Origin: Patescibacteria group bacterium | GTDB lineage: Bacteria; Patescibacteriota; Patescibacteriia; JAZDEU01 | DNA: 64,000 nt | NCBI GenBank assembly: GCA_042568285.1 | Contig: JBHPIX010000001.1 | Coordinates: 539 to 64,538, forward strand | Direction: 5' to 3' | Shown: piece by piece, positions 1 to 8,789 of the stretch | Numbering within the stretch: position 1 is the first letter of the stretch | Layout: each line of letters begins with the position of its first letter | Notes under the pieces: model-generated | The model's database searches: none | Told to the model about the DNA's origin: nothing | Seen by the model: the letters and a program-made list of their open reading frames with translations, nothing else | Position numbers and translations under genes: made by a program

Positions 1-16
1 AAAACGCAATTTTTAA

Positions 17-45
17 TTGACAAAAAATAATTAATGTAGTATCAT
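17..45 (+). promoter_or_regulatory. sigma70-type promoter
   Basis: TTGACA(17-22), 17-bp spacer, TATCAT(40-45) upstream of the first ORF. Confidence 0.6.
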
Positions 46-103
46 AAAAAATTAAATATGTTCTTTTTTAATAATAATTTTAGACAATAAGGAGTAATTG
101 ATT

Positions 104-376
104 ATGCGAAGAGAAAAAAGGGAATTTTTTGTGGGAAATTGTTATCATACATATCATATTTATTATAATTATATAATAAATAATTCATTGCCACCTATTA
201 AGTGTATTAAATTGATAGAGACGGCTTTGCAAATTAAAAACCTTGATGACATTCTTAGAATAGAAGGATCAATAGTTGGAGAGTTATATGATATGCATAT
301 AAAAGATAAAAAAGATAATTATCCATGTGAAAGTATTATTATGATTAAGACAGAAAAAATCCTTTGTTTAGATTGA
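104..376 (+). CDS. hypothetical protein
   Basis: ORF with AGGAG SD at 90-94 and ATG at 104, between a promoter and a terminator; no recognisable motif. Confidence 0.55.
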   Translation: MRREKREFFVGNCYHTYHIYYNYIINNSLPPIKCIKLIETALQIKNLDDILRIEGSIVGELYDMHIKDKKDNYPCESIIMIKTEKILCLD

Positions 377-393
377 TAATTATAACGCATTAA

Positions 394-432
394 GCCGTTC
401 CTAAATTTTTATAATAGGAACGGTTTTTTTTT
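394..432 (+). terminator. intrinsic terminator
   Basis: GCCGTTCCTA...TAGGAACGGT stem followed by a T run. Confidence 0.7.
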
Positions 433-438
433 ATAACC

Positions 439-470
439 ACACACCCCTAGCCCCTCTGATAGAGGGGAAT
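439..470. repeat. family B CCCC/GGGG hairpin repeat
   Basis: ACACACCCCTAGCCCCTCTGATAGAGGGGAAT; near-identical copies at 16956-16988 and 54561-54595. Confidence 0.8.
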
Positions 471-590
471 TAATATGTATATGCAAAATTATAGTTTTAT
501 GATATTATAATGATATATGATAGCAAAAAATGATGAAAAAATAATTAAAGAATTATTAAGCAGGGGAAATTGAATTTGAAAAACCAATAT

Positions 591-1757
591 ATGGCGATAC
601 AGGAAGTTGAATTATTAAGCAGGGGAATTGAAGAGATAATAGATGTAAATTGTTTGAAGAAAAAGCTAAAAAGCGGTAAAAAGCTTAGAATTAAATTTGG
701 AATAGACCCGACGAGCCCGAATATACATATTGGAAGAGCAATACCATTGCTTAAATTAAGGGATTTTCAACAGCTTGGACATAAGATAGTTTTTATAATA
801 GGAGATTTCACTGGAACTATTGGCGATACTTCTGATAAAGACAGCGAAAGACCGATGCTGACTGAAAAGCAGGTTAAAGAGAATATGAAAAGCTATATAG
901 AACAGGCTGGCAAGTTACTGGACATTAAAAAATGCGAGATTCATTATAATAGCGAATGGCTTAAAAAATTAAAGTATCATGAAATTTGCAGGCAAGCTAA
1001 TATATTTTCTTTAAATGAATTTATTTCAAGGGAGAATATTAAAAAAAGATTAGACGGGGGAAAAAGAGTGTCTCTTAGAGAATTGTTGTATCCTCTTATG
1101 CAAGGGTATGATTCTGTTGCCATAAAAGCTGATGTTGAAATTGGAGGGACTGATCAGAGATTTAATCTATTGGCTGGCAGGGAATTACAGCGGAATTATG
1201 AACAGAAAGCTCAGGATATTATAACTAACCCGCTGATAGAAGGTTTAGATGGCAGAAAAATGAGTTCAAGTTGGAATAATACTATAAATTTATTTGATTC
1301 AGCGAATGAAATGTATGGCAAAGTTATGTCCCTTAGTGATGATTTAATTATAAAATATTTTATTTTAACTACTAGAATGGATTTGGATGAAATAGAGAAA
1401 TATAAAAAAGCCATAAAAGCTGGCGGTAATCCAAGGGATTATAAAATGAAATTAGGTTTTAAAATTGTTAAATTATATTATTCAGACAAGGAAGCTAAAA
1501 AAGCTGAAGAATATTTTATAAAAACTTTCAGCAAAAAAGAGGTTCCTGATAAGATGTCTGAAATAAAGCCAAGCAATTATGATGTTATAACAGCGCTTGT
1601 GGAATCTGGAATATGCAAAACAAGAACTGACGTTCGGCGGGTGATTTTGCAAAAAGGAGTTAAATTAAATAAAGAGGTTGTAGCTGATGGTAAAAAAAGT
1701 GTAAAAAAGGGTGATATTATACAAAAAGGCAAGAGGTTTTTTGTTAAAGTAGGGTAA
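591..1757 (+). CDS. tyrS: tyrosine--tRNA ligase
   Basis: HIGH-like HIGR and KMSKS-like KMSSS motifs, YPLMQGYD, GGTDQ, C-terminal S4-like domain; start uncertain because the 5' end is duplicated (see findings). Confidence 0.96.
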   Translation: MAIQEVELLSRGIEEIIDVNCLKKKLKSGKKLRIKFGIDPTSPNIHIGRAIPLLKLRDFQQLGHKIVFIIGDFTGTIGDTSDKDSERPMLTEKQVKENMKSYIEQAGKLLDIKKCEIHYNSEWLKKLKYHEICRQANIFSLNEFISRENIKKRLDGGKRVSLRELLYPLMQGYDSVAIKADVEIGGTDQRFNLLAGRELQRNYEQKAQDIITNPLIEGLDGRKMSSSWNNTINLFDSANEMYGKVMSLSDDLIIKYFILTTRMDLDEIEKYKKAIKAGGNPRDYKMKLGFKIVKLYYSDKEAKKAEEYFIKTFSKKEVPDKMSEIKPSNYDVITALVESGICKTRTDVRRVILQKGVKLNKEVVADGKKSVKKGDIIQKGKRFFVKVG

Positions 1758-1840
1758 TATATAAAAGACACGAAACACGCGAAGGGGAAGTGGAAAACAC
1801 GAAAAGCACGAATGTGGGGAGAGTGTGAGTTTTAAATTTT

Positions 1841-2416
1841 ATGTTTATGGAAAAAAATCAAGATATAAAAAATTTAAACAAAAATATAAAGGAATTAAAT
1901 AAAAGCTTTGGGAAAGCTAATTCATTTAAGCTTTCTTTTTTTAGGGGGCTGATGGTTGGCGTTGGAACAGCGATTGGCGCAACTATTATAGCCGCTATGG
2001 TAGTGACCATTCTGCTCAAAACAATAAAGACAGCTAAAAATATTCCGTTTTTTGGTGAACTTATAGAAACTACGAAAATAGAAAAATTTATTCCGCAGGA
2101 AGATGAAACTGGCGAAATAGAAATCAATGAAGATGAGCAGAATTTGTCTGTTAAAAAAATAGAACAGGAACAGATGTTTGAATCAGCGCGCGCGTATATT
2201 AAAAAATACAGCGCGGAAGGTATGGAAGTAGAACTGTCAATAATTAATCAAGTTGATAAATGGGCTATATTGCAAGTAGTTCCCGTTACCATAGAAACAG
2301 ATAATGCTTCTGTTATTATGGAAAAAGTTGAAGGCAAATGGATCACTCGGGAATTTGGCACTTTTTTATCTCCAGAGTGGATGGATAAAGCCCCTGAATT
2401 ATTTATTGAAGATTAG
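1841..2416 (+). CDS. membrane-anchored hypothetical protein (DUF5665-like N-terminus)
   Basis: FFRGLMVGVGTAIGATIIA hydrophobic helix plus soluble C-terminal domain. Confidence 0.6.
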   Translation: MFMEKNQDIKNLNKNIKELNKSFGKANSFKLSFFRGLMVGVGTAIGATIIAAMVVTILLKTIKTAKNIPFFGELIETTKIEKFIPQEDETGEIEINEDEQNLSVKKIEQEQMFESARAYIKKYSAEGMEVELSIINQVDKWAILQVVPVTIETDNASVIMEKVEGKWITREFGTFLSPEWMDKAPELFIED

Positions 2417-2473
2417 TAGAGAACAAAAAATTTTGTTCTTCGAAAATTTTGTTCTCCGAATCCATTTAGTATC

Positions 2474-2504
2474 AAAAAACCGCCCCTTGCGAGGCGGTCT
2501 TTTT
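2474..2504. terminator. bidirectional terminator
   Basis: A6-CCGCC..GGCGG-T run between convergent genes. Confidence 0.7.
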
Positions 2505-2540
2505 ATGACAAATAGTTTTGTCATTGAATTTGTTTTGCTA

Positions 2541-2807
2541 TTAGAAGTTGTTTCTAGGTCTCATTGGACGAGCTTCGTTTACTGTTAATGTTCGTCCGTC
2601 AAGTTCTTTACCATTCCACATTTCTATAGCTGTTTCAGCTTCGTCGTCATTTGTCATTTCTACGAAACCAAAACCTTTTGAGCGTCCTGACATTTTATCC
2701 ATAATTATAACAGATGAGTCAACACTGCCAGCTTGGGCAAATGCGTCTTTTAAGGAATCCTCAGTTGTGTTATAAGAAATGCCACCGACGAATAATTTTT
2801 TAGCCAT
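2541..2807 (-). CDS. RRM (RNP-1) RNA-binding protein
   Basis: RNP2 LFVGGI and RNP1 KGFGFVEM, ends VNEARP. Confidence 0.95.
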   Translation of the reverse strand: MAKKLFVGGISYNTTEDSLKDAFAQAGSVDSSVIIMDKMSGRSKGFGFVEMTNDDEAETAIEMWNGKELDGRTLTVNEARPMRPRNNF

Positions 2808-2886
2808 AATACTTTAAGAAAATTGTATAGTCAAAGATTTAAAATTTATATTATAAATATAAAAATTAAATTTTGCTATTTATTAT

Positions 2887-3048
2887 ATTGTAAGTCGACC
2901 TATTTTCTTGGATTATCCGCGCGCTATCCAGTTTTAGGACTTCGCGCGGTGGTTCCCGTTTTCTAAGACCAAAAAATTATTTGTCTTAATGCTATATTGC
3001 ATGTGGGGCTTGCCCCAGTGAAAGGGAAGAGTTAAGAATACTTACAAT
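2887..3048 (-). ncRNA. candidate structured 5' leader of the RRM gene
   Basis: closing stem ATTGTAAGT/ACTTACAAT encloses several GC-rich hairpins and starts at the predicted TSS. Confidence 0.45.
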
Positions 3049-3052
3049 CTTT

Positions 3053-3080
3053 ATTATACATTATTTTTATAAAATGTCAA
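3053..3080 (-). promoter_or_regulatory. sigma70-type promoter of the RRM gene
   Basis: minus strand TTGACA, 16-bp spacer, TATAAT. Confidence 0.7.
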
Positions 3081-3119
3081 TAGGTTGCGAAAAAAGGGAG
3101 TTTTTGTTAAGATAGTGTT

Positions 3120-3710
3120 ATGGAAGAGATAGAAGTAAAATTTTTAAATATTAACCCAGTTGAGATAGAGAATAAGTTGAAAAAGCTGGGGGCAGATAGG
3201 CAATTTGAGCGACTTTATAGGCGACGCGTTTTTGATTATCCTGATTTGAGATTAGATAAGCAGGGCGCGTGGCTACGGCTTAGGGATGAGGGTGATAGCA
3301 TTAAATTAGCTTTTAAACAAAGGATTGGAATGTCTAATTTTGATGGAAAATTAAATGATATCGGTATGGAGGAAATAGAAATTGAAGTTAGCGATTTTGA
3401 TAAAACAGCTGATATTTTGTTAAAAAGCGGATTAAAGGAAAAATTTTATCAGGAAAATAAGAGAATAAGGTATGTTTTTGATAATATTGAATTTGATATA
3501 GATTTTTGGCCAAAGCTTGATCCGTATTTAGAAATAGAAGCTACAAGCTGGGATGATATTGATCGCGGAATTAAGCTTTTAGGATTAAACCCAGACGATA
3601 AGAAAATTTTTTCAACGAATCGGATTTATAAACTTAAAGGAATAGAAATTTTAGATTATAAAATAACTACTTTTGAACGGATGGTTAAAGGGGATAATAA
3701 AATGTTTTAG
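3120..3710 (+). CDS. CYTH-domain protein (class IV adenylate cyclase-like)
   Basis: N-terminal EIEVKF (ExExK), WLRLR, EEIEIEV, YLEIE motifs. Confidence 0.9.
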   Translation: MEEIEVKFLNINPVEIENKLKKLGADRQFERLYRRRVFDYPDLRLDKQGAWLRLRDEGDSIKLAFKQRIGMSNFDGKLNDIGMEEIEIEVSDFDKTADILLKSGLKEKFYQENKRIRYVFDNIEFDIDFWPKLDPYLEIEATSWDDIDRGIKLLGLNPDDKKIFSTNRIYKLKGIEILDYKITTFERMVKGDNKMF

Positions 3711-3769
3711 AATAATAACTCATACACGGATGTCTTATTTGTAAGATAGGATATTTGTATGTAAGGAAA

Positions 3770-3903
3770 AGAATCCCCCTGTCCCTCCCGGTCATCCGAC
3801 AGGACTTCGCCTTTATAAAAGGGGGAACTAGAGGAATTAGTTCGATTAGTTCCTCCCTCTGTGCCTGCCCGCCGAATTGGAGGGAGGGGGGACAGGGGGA
3901 TTC
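3770..3903. repeat. family B hairpin repeat pair with nested inserts
   Basis: AGAATCCCCCTGTCCC...GGGGGACAGGGGGATTCT inverted ends with internal CCCC/GGGG stems. Confidence 0.7.
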
Positions 3904-3948
3904 TTTAAATAAGTTCTTTAAACAATAAAAGATGTAAAACCATTAACA

Positions 3949-4000
3949 AAAAGGTCGTTGTCGCCCGCCGAATCGGCGAGGCTACGGCGGACCAAAGGAG
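3949..4000 (+). repeat. family C ~31-bp repeat abutting the SD of pyrC, with a nested hairpin
   Basis: AAAAGGTCGTTGTCGC[CCGCCGAATCGGCG]AGGCTACGGCGGACCAAAGGAG. Confidence 0.7.
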
Positions 4001-4008
4001 GATTGATA

Positions 4009-5097
4009 ATGAAAGAGAATCAAGAACTAACAGAAATAATTGTCCCAAAATTTTTTGACGCGCACGCTCATCTGCGGGAAAAAGACATTCAGAATAATAT
4101 ATTATGGATTGTTTTAAAAGAAATGGTTAAATATTGTTTTGGCGCTGTGGTAATGCCAAATCTTTCTAGGCCAGTTTGTAATATAGAAGATGTTGGGTTT
4201 TATTCTAACAATATTAAGGAAAATTTAAAATGGATAAACAGTAGATATTCATCGTCTGAATTCCAAACTGTAATGACAATACAGCTTACTGACATTGAAA
4301 AAAAATATTTATGCAAAGCGACAACTCCAGAAATAATTTTAAAAGCGCATCAAGGCGGAGTAAAAGCGGGTAAAGCGTATCCTGTCGGCGCTACAACAAA
4401 TTCTGCAAGAGGCATAAAGAATTTTCGTTCGCAGGCGATGAAGATGGTTTGGAAAACTATGGAAGATCTTGGCATGCGAGCGCTTCTACATCCTGAACAG
4501 CCCGGCGTTTTTTGTATGGATAAAGAGAAAAAGTTTTTTGATACAGTAAGGTGGTTAGTTGATAAGTATCCAAAACTTAAAATAGTGTTGGAGCATATAA
4601 CAAGCGCTGAAGCAGTTAATTTTGTTAAGCAATTGCCTGATACAGTAAAAGCTACTATTACGGCTCATCATTTAATTTTAACATTAGATGATATTATCGG
4701 TGGCAAATTGCATCCGCATAATTTCTGCCATCCTATACCAAAACGACCTAAAGATAGGGATGCGTTAATTCAAGCCGCTATTAGCGGCAATCCTAAATTT
4801 TTCTTTGGTAGCGATAGAGCTCCGCATTTAAAAAAAAATAAAGAATGCGCCACTGGTTCTGCTGGCGTTTATTCTGGACCTGTTGTTCCTTCAATATTAG
4901 CTAAAATTTTTGCTGATAATTACGCAATTGATAAGTTAAAAGATTTTACTTCTACTTTCGCGTCTGATTTTTATGATATTACTCCTTCTACTAAAACTAT
5001 AAAGATAGTTAAAGAACCGTGGCGGGTTCCTAAAATGTATGACGAAATTGTTCCTTTTCTCGCAGACCAGACTCTTGATTGGCGGCTTGCGGATTAA
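4009..5097 (+). CDS. pyrC: dihydroorotase (E. coli-like class II)
   Basis: DAHAHLR, VMPN, KAYPVGATTNS, LEHIT, FFGSDRAPH motifs; SD AAAGGAGG before ATG 4009. Confidence 0.92.
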   Translation: MKENQELTEIIVPKFFDAHAHLREKDIQNNILWIVLKEMVKYCFGAVVMPNLSRPVCNIEDVGFYSNNIKENLKWINSRYSSSEFQTVMTIQLTDIEKKYLCKATTPEIILKAHQGGVKAGKAYPVGATTNSARGIKNFRSQAMKMVWKTMEDLGMRALLHPEQPGVFCMDKEKKFFDTVRWLVDKYPKLKIVLEHITSAEAVNFVKQLPDTVKATITAHHLILTLDDIIGGKLHPHNFCHPIPKRPKDRDALIQAAISGNPKFFFGSDRAPHLKKNKECATGSAGVYSGPVVPSILAKIFADNYAIDKLKDFTSTFASDFYDITPSTKTIKIVKEPWRVPKMYDEIVPFLADQTLDWRLAD

Positions 5098-5114
5098 GTA
5101 TTTATAAAAAAAAT

Positions 5115-5147
5115 AGGCGATGAATAAATAAATATTCATCGCCTTTT
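5115..5147. terminator. bidirectional terminator
   Basis: AGGCGATGAATA/TATTCATCGCCT stem between convergent genes. Confidence 0.7.
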
Positions 5148-5173
5148 AAAATAGCTGGGGAGCTTATAGATTA

Positions 5174-6310
5174 TTAAAGATCGGGAAGTGGATCATAAGG
5201 TATCCTGCCTAATGTTATTTCATATTTTGGCATTTCAATGATAGCGTAATTTCTGCCTTGAATGATATCTCCTGGATTAAGGAATATGACATTTATATCC
5301 TCCTCATAAAAAGCATCGTGAGTAAAACCTGATAAAATAAATTTCACCTGTGAATGTTCTCTTTGGATTTGGCGCGCTAAACAATTCATATCAAACTCGG
5401 ATTTAGATATGAGATCAGATCCTAAATCCCAGTGAACAAAAAATCCATAGCCTTTAATAGGAGTTATTTTGTCTTCTATTTTATGCCAATTTTTAAATGT
5501 TTGTGTTTGTATTTGCCTTTGTATCAAGCTATAGTGTACTTGGAATTTATCTAATTCAGAAATACCTATGTCATCTAAGTTAATATTGCCACAGTGTATA
5601 ATATCTGTGACATTTCTTTCTAAAAAAAGATTTCTTAGTTTTTCCCAAAAAGTAGGATCTTTTTTAGATATGTCCGCGCTATCTGAAATTATAGCTACTT
5701 TTAATTCTGGCGCTATACTCTGGCACATAGGTATTCTGCTATAAATTATTTCCTCTTTTTCAGTATCAATTATGGCATAACCGCAACCGCCTGCTATGCC
5801 CATAGGATTTTCTATAGCGCCGGGATTAATAAATGTAATCAATCTGTATTTAAGACAAATTTGATGGTGAGTGTGTCCTGAAAACATATATCGCACATTA
5901 TCATACTCTTTTCTTATCTCATCGAGCGTTTCCTTTAGTTTTGCTTCAGATCCCCTAAGTAATTCAAAAGACCTTTTATGACCTACATATACTCTAGTTT
6001 TTTCTTTTAATTTGCGCAAATCAACAATCCTCTCATTAGGGTGAGTGAATGTCCAATTATTAGGAGGAGAACAAAATGGTATATTATTCCTGTCTTTTGT
6101 CTTTTTTTCAGACTGGCAAAGTTGTGTCTGCTCATCTGTCAACGCGCAGAATACAGGTAAGTTGCCAAATAATTTTTTATTTACATGATTTTTTGATATA
6201 TCTCCGCAGTGTATAATTATTTCTACTCCATATCTTTTAAATATTTCTATTATATGACGAGTAGCTTTTTGCTTATCTCCATGAGTATCTGAAAGTATTC
6301 CTAGTTTCAT
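5174..6310 (-). CDS. tandem two-domain metallophosphoesterase (YfcE/MJ0936-like)
   Basis: SDTHG, HCGD, SGHTH, NPG motifs, then a degenerate second copy (SDSAD, HCGN, SGFTH, NPG); start moved to the SD-preceded ATG at 6310. Confidence 0.85.
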   Translation of the reverse strand: MKLGILSDTHGDKQKATRHIIEIFKRYGVEIIIHCGDISKNHVNKKLFGNLPVFCALTDEQTQLCQSEKKTKDRNNIPFCSPPNNWTFTHPNERIVDLRKLKEKTRVYVGHKRSFELLRGSEAKLKETLDEIRKEYDNVRYMFSGHTHHQICLKYRLITFINPGAIENPMGIAGGCGYAIIDTEKEEIIYSRIPMCQSIAPELKVAIISDSADISKKDPTFWEKLRNLFLERNVTDIIHCGNINLDDIGISELDKFQVHYSLIQRQIQTQTFKNWHKIEDKITPIKGYGFFVHWDLGSDLISKSEFDMNCLARQIQREHSQVKFILSGFTHDAFYEEDINVIFLNPGDIIQGRNYAIIEMPKYEITLGRIPYDPLPDL

Positions 6311-6314
6311 CTTT

Positions 6315-6357
6315 TTTCTCCTTTTGTCAGCCATAGCTTTGCGACGGCGACCTTTTT
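6315..6357 (-). repeat. family C repeat abutting SD
   Basis: reverse complement of 6911-6953. Confidence 0.85.
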
Positions 6358-6687
6358 GGTTAAAAATATTAAGTGATTGTTGTCGAAAAGAGCATTCGGC
6401 AACAGTTACAATTAGATAAAAAAAAATTGTAAAGAGCTATAATAATAATCCAAATCTCCGAATACCCGCCCGAACGACTGAATGGTTCAGTCGGGCAGGT
6501 ATCCGAATGACCCGAAAAATCCCTGCCTGACGGCAGGCAGGCGAATTACAATCCGAATGCTCATTATATAGATTAGTATAACAGTAATATAAAAAAAAAT
6601 ATTTGTCAATATTGCGCTTATTATAAAAAGATTGTAAGGTTATGGGTAATAATATATAGTTCTTATAATTAGAATTTTACCCTTTTT

Positions 6688-6787
6688 GTCATTCCGCGCT
6701 TGACGCGGAATCTAGTGTTAAACTTGATGTTAGATCCCGCCAGTCTCGACTAGCTCGAGCCTAGGCGGACATCAAGTGCGGGATGAC
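6688..6787. repeat. family A palindromic REP-like pair with nested insert
   Basis: GTCATTCCGCGCTTGACGCGGAATC...GATCCCG[insert]CATCAAGTGCGGGATGAC. Confidence 0.9.
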
Positions 6788-6910
6788 AATTCCCCATTAT
6801 AGGAGGACTGAACATTGATAATTAAAGAGTAAAGGGATTTTTTTAAAACAGAACCCCACCCTGTCCCTCCCCTCAAAGGGGAGGGAACTATGTGCCAAGG
6901 CATAATTTTA

Positions 6911-6953
6911 AAAAAGGTCGCCGTCGCAAAGCTATGGCTGACAAAAGGAGAAA
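6911..6953 (+). repeat. family C repeat abutting the SD of pyrD
   Basis: AAAAGG-TCGCCGTCGCAAAGCTATGGCTGAC-AAAAGGAG. Confidence 0.85.
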
Positions 6954-6957
6954 TTAG

Positions 6958-8586
6958 ATGAACAAAAATTTTTGGAAACCGCCGTATTATTATTTTGACA
7001 AAAAAGTGAGAGGACCTTTTACTATACCAGCAGGTATAGTAACAACAAGAAAGGAGATTATTGAACTTATAGCATGGGAAATTCCAGAAGTTGGCATATT
7101 AACAACAAAGAGCACGAGTTTAAACCCGCGCGAGGGAAAAAAGGAGCCGATTATAGGATATGCTGGTCAATATTCTTTATTTAATGAAGTGAGATTAGCT
7201 AATCTGGGAGCAGAAAAAACAGCTGAATTTTTATCTAAACTAAATATTCCAAAAAATAAAGCTATAGTTGGCTCTGTTATTGGAAGTACTCCCGAAGAAG
7301 TCAAATCTGTCGCAGTAATATTGGCGCCGTATGTTGATGTTATTGAAATCAATGTGTCTTGTCCGAATGATGAAAAAGCAGGATTGGCAGTAGGTCAAGA
7401 CGCTATTCTTGTCCATAAAATAGTAAGCGCGGTAGTTGATGCTGTTAAACCAAAACCTGTAACAGTAAAGATCGCGGCAAGTTTGGATATTTATTCTGTA
7501 GTAGTGGTTTCTAAAGAGGCAGGCGCTTCTGGAATTGTAGCGATAAATACAGATGGGCCTAAGGAATATAACCATAATGGACATTTAGTTTTGAAAGGAG
7601 GAGAATCTGGCGAAAAGATTTTTAAGCTGCTTTTAAGAACCGTTAAAACATTGCAAGGGCTTCTTTCTGTTTGTCCTAATATTTATCCTTGCGGAGGAAT
7701 TGGATCAGCAAGACAAATACGGACATTAGTTGAAGCTAAAGCGCAGTTTGTAGGAACAGGGATTGGTACAGCTATTGGGGGTATGCGCTTGCAAGAAAAG
7801 AAATTGTTTTTTAACATATTGATGGATGATCTGCGAAAGGGGAAAAATAACGCAAAAGAATTTCGGCACGATTTTTCTGAAATGAAATATAGAAAACGTA
7901 CAGTTACGGGGATTAAAGAAATTTCAGAAGATGTTTTTACCATTACATTAAACGGAACTATTAAAATAAATCCAGGTCAATTTATTTTTGCAATGATTCC
8001 TGAAAAAGGAGAGAAGCCATTTTCCGCGCTGGATGTAAATAGTAAAAGTTTTTCTCTGTTAATTCAAAAAAGGAGATATTTTACTAAGGAATTGTCAGAG
8101 CTTAATAATGGAGATGATATTTATATCAGAGGACCGCATGGAAGATCTCCGCGACTTCAAGGTAGAATTTTATTAGTTGGAGGAGGAACTGGAGTAGCTG
8201 GATTATATCTTTTTGCTAAAGAATATAAAAATACATTTGCCATTTTAGGAGCTAAAGAAAAAATTCCTTATTTTGGCATGTTTTCTACTTTTTGCAAGAA
8301 AGTCTTACCAATTATTGAAAATCAGGAAGAAAGGAGAAGATTAGTTACAGATTGTTTAGATTATTTTATAGAAAGTATTAAACCAGATTATGTGTTAAAT
8401 TGCGGTCCGAAAGAGATGGTGATGAAAGCTATAGAGATTGAAAGGAAGTATTTATCTGAGGATAAAATTTTATCTGCAACAGAGGAGATTACTAAATGTG
8501 GCGAGAGTGTTTGTGGCAGTTGCGCTACTCCAAAAGGGTATTGTAGTTGTGTTGATGGACCGTTTATGACGGCGGATAAGATATAA
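6958..8586 (+). CDS. pyrD: dihydroorotate dehydrogenase fused to a PyrK-like FAD/[2Fe-2S] electron-transfer domain
   Basis: TTKS, EINVSCPN, AINT, GGESG, CGGI in the N-half; PGQF, GEKPFS, RGPHG, GGGTG, CGP, CGESVCGSC...C in the C-half. Confidence 0.88.
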   Translation: MNKNFWKPPYYYFDKKVRGPFTIPAGIVTTRKEIIELIAWEIPEVGILTTKSTSLNPREGKKEPIIGYAGQYSLFNEVRLANLGAEKTAEFLSKLNIPKNKAIVGSVIGSTPEEVKSVAVILAPYVDVIEINVSCPNDEKAGLAVGQDAILVHKIVSAVVDAVKPKPVTVKIAASLDIYSVVVVSKEAGASGIVAINTDGPKEYNHNGHLVLKGGESGEKIFKLLLRTVKTLQGLLSVCPNIYPCGGIGSARQIRTLVEAKAQFVGTGIGTAIGGMRLQEKKLFFNILMDDLRKGKNNAKEFRHDFSEMKYRKRTVTGIKEISEDVFTITLNGTIKINPGQFIFAMIPEKGEKPFSALDVNSKSFSLLIQKRRYFTKELSELNNGDDIYIRGPHGRSPRLQGRILLVGGGTGVAGLYLFAKEYKNTFAILGAKEKIPYFGMFSTFCKKVLPIIENQEERRRLVTDCLDYFIESIKPDYVLNCGPKEMVMKAIEIERKYLSEDKILSATEEITKCGESVCGSCATPKGYCSCVDGPFMTADKI

Positions 8587-8743
8587 AACAATGAAGAATA
8601 TTTATTATTGTTTTAAACGCCCCGCTGATTAACGCGGATATTAAGCCGCAAGAAATGCTATTGAATTTTCGTTAAATTTTTGAGGCGCGGCTTGACGCTG
8701 ATATACGCGGATATGTGACAGTAATTGTAACTGGTGAGTTAAC

Positions 8744-8783
8744 AAAAGGTCGCCGTCGCAAAAGCTATGGCGAACCAAAGGAG
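8744..8783 (+). repeat. family C repeat abutting the SD of dapA
   Basis: AAAAGGTCGCCGTCGCAAAAGCTATGGCGAACCAAAGGAG. Confidence 0.8.
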
Positions 8784-8789
8784 AAAGAA

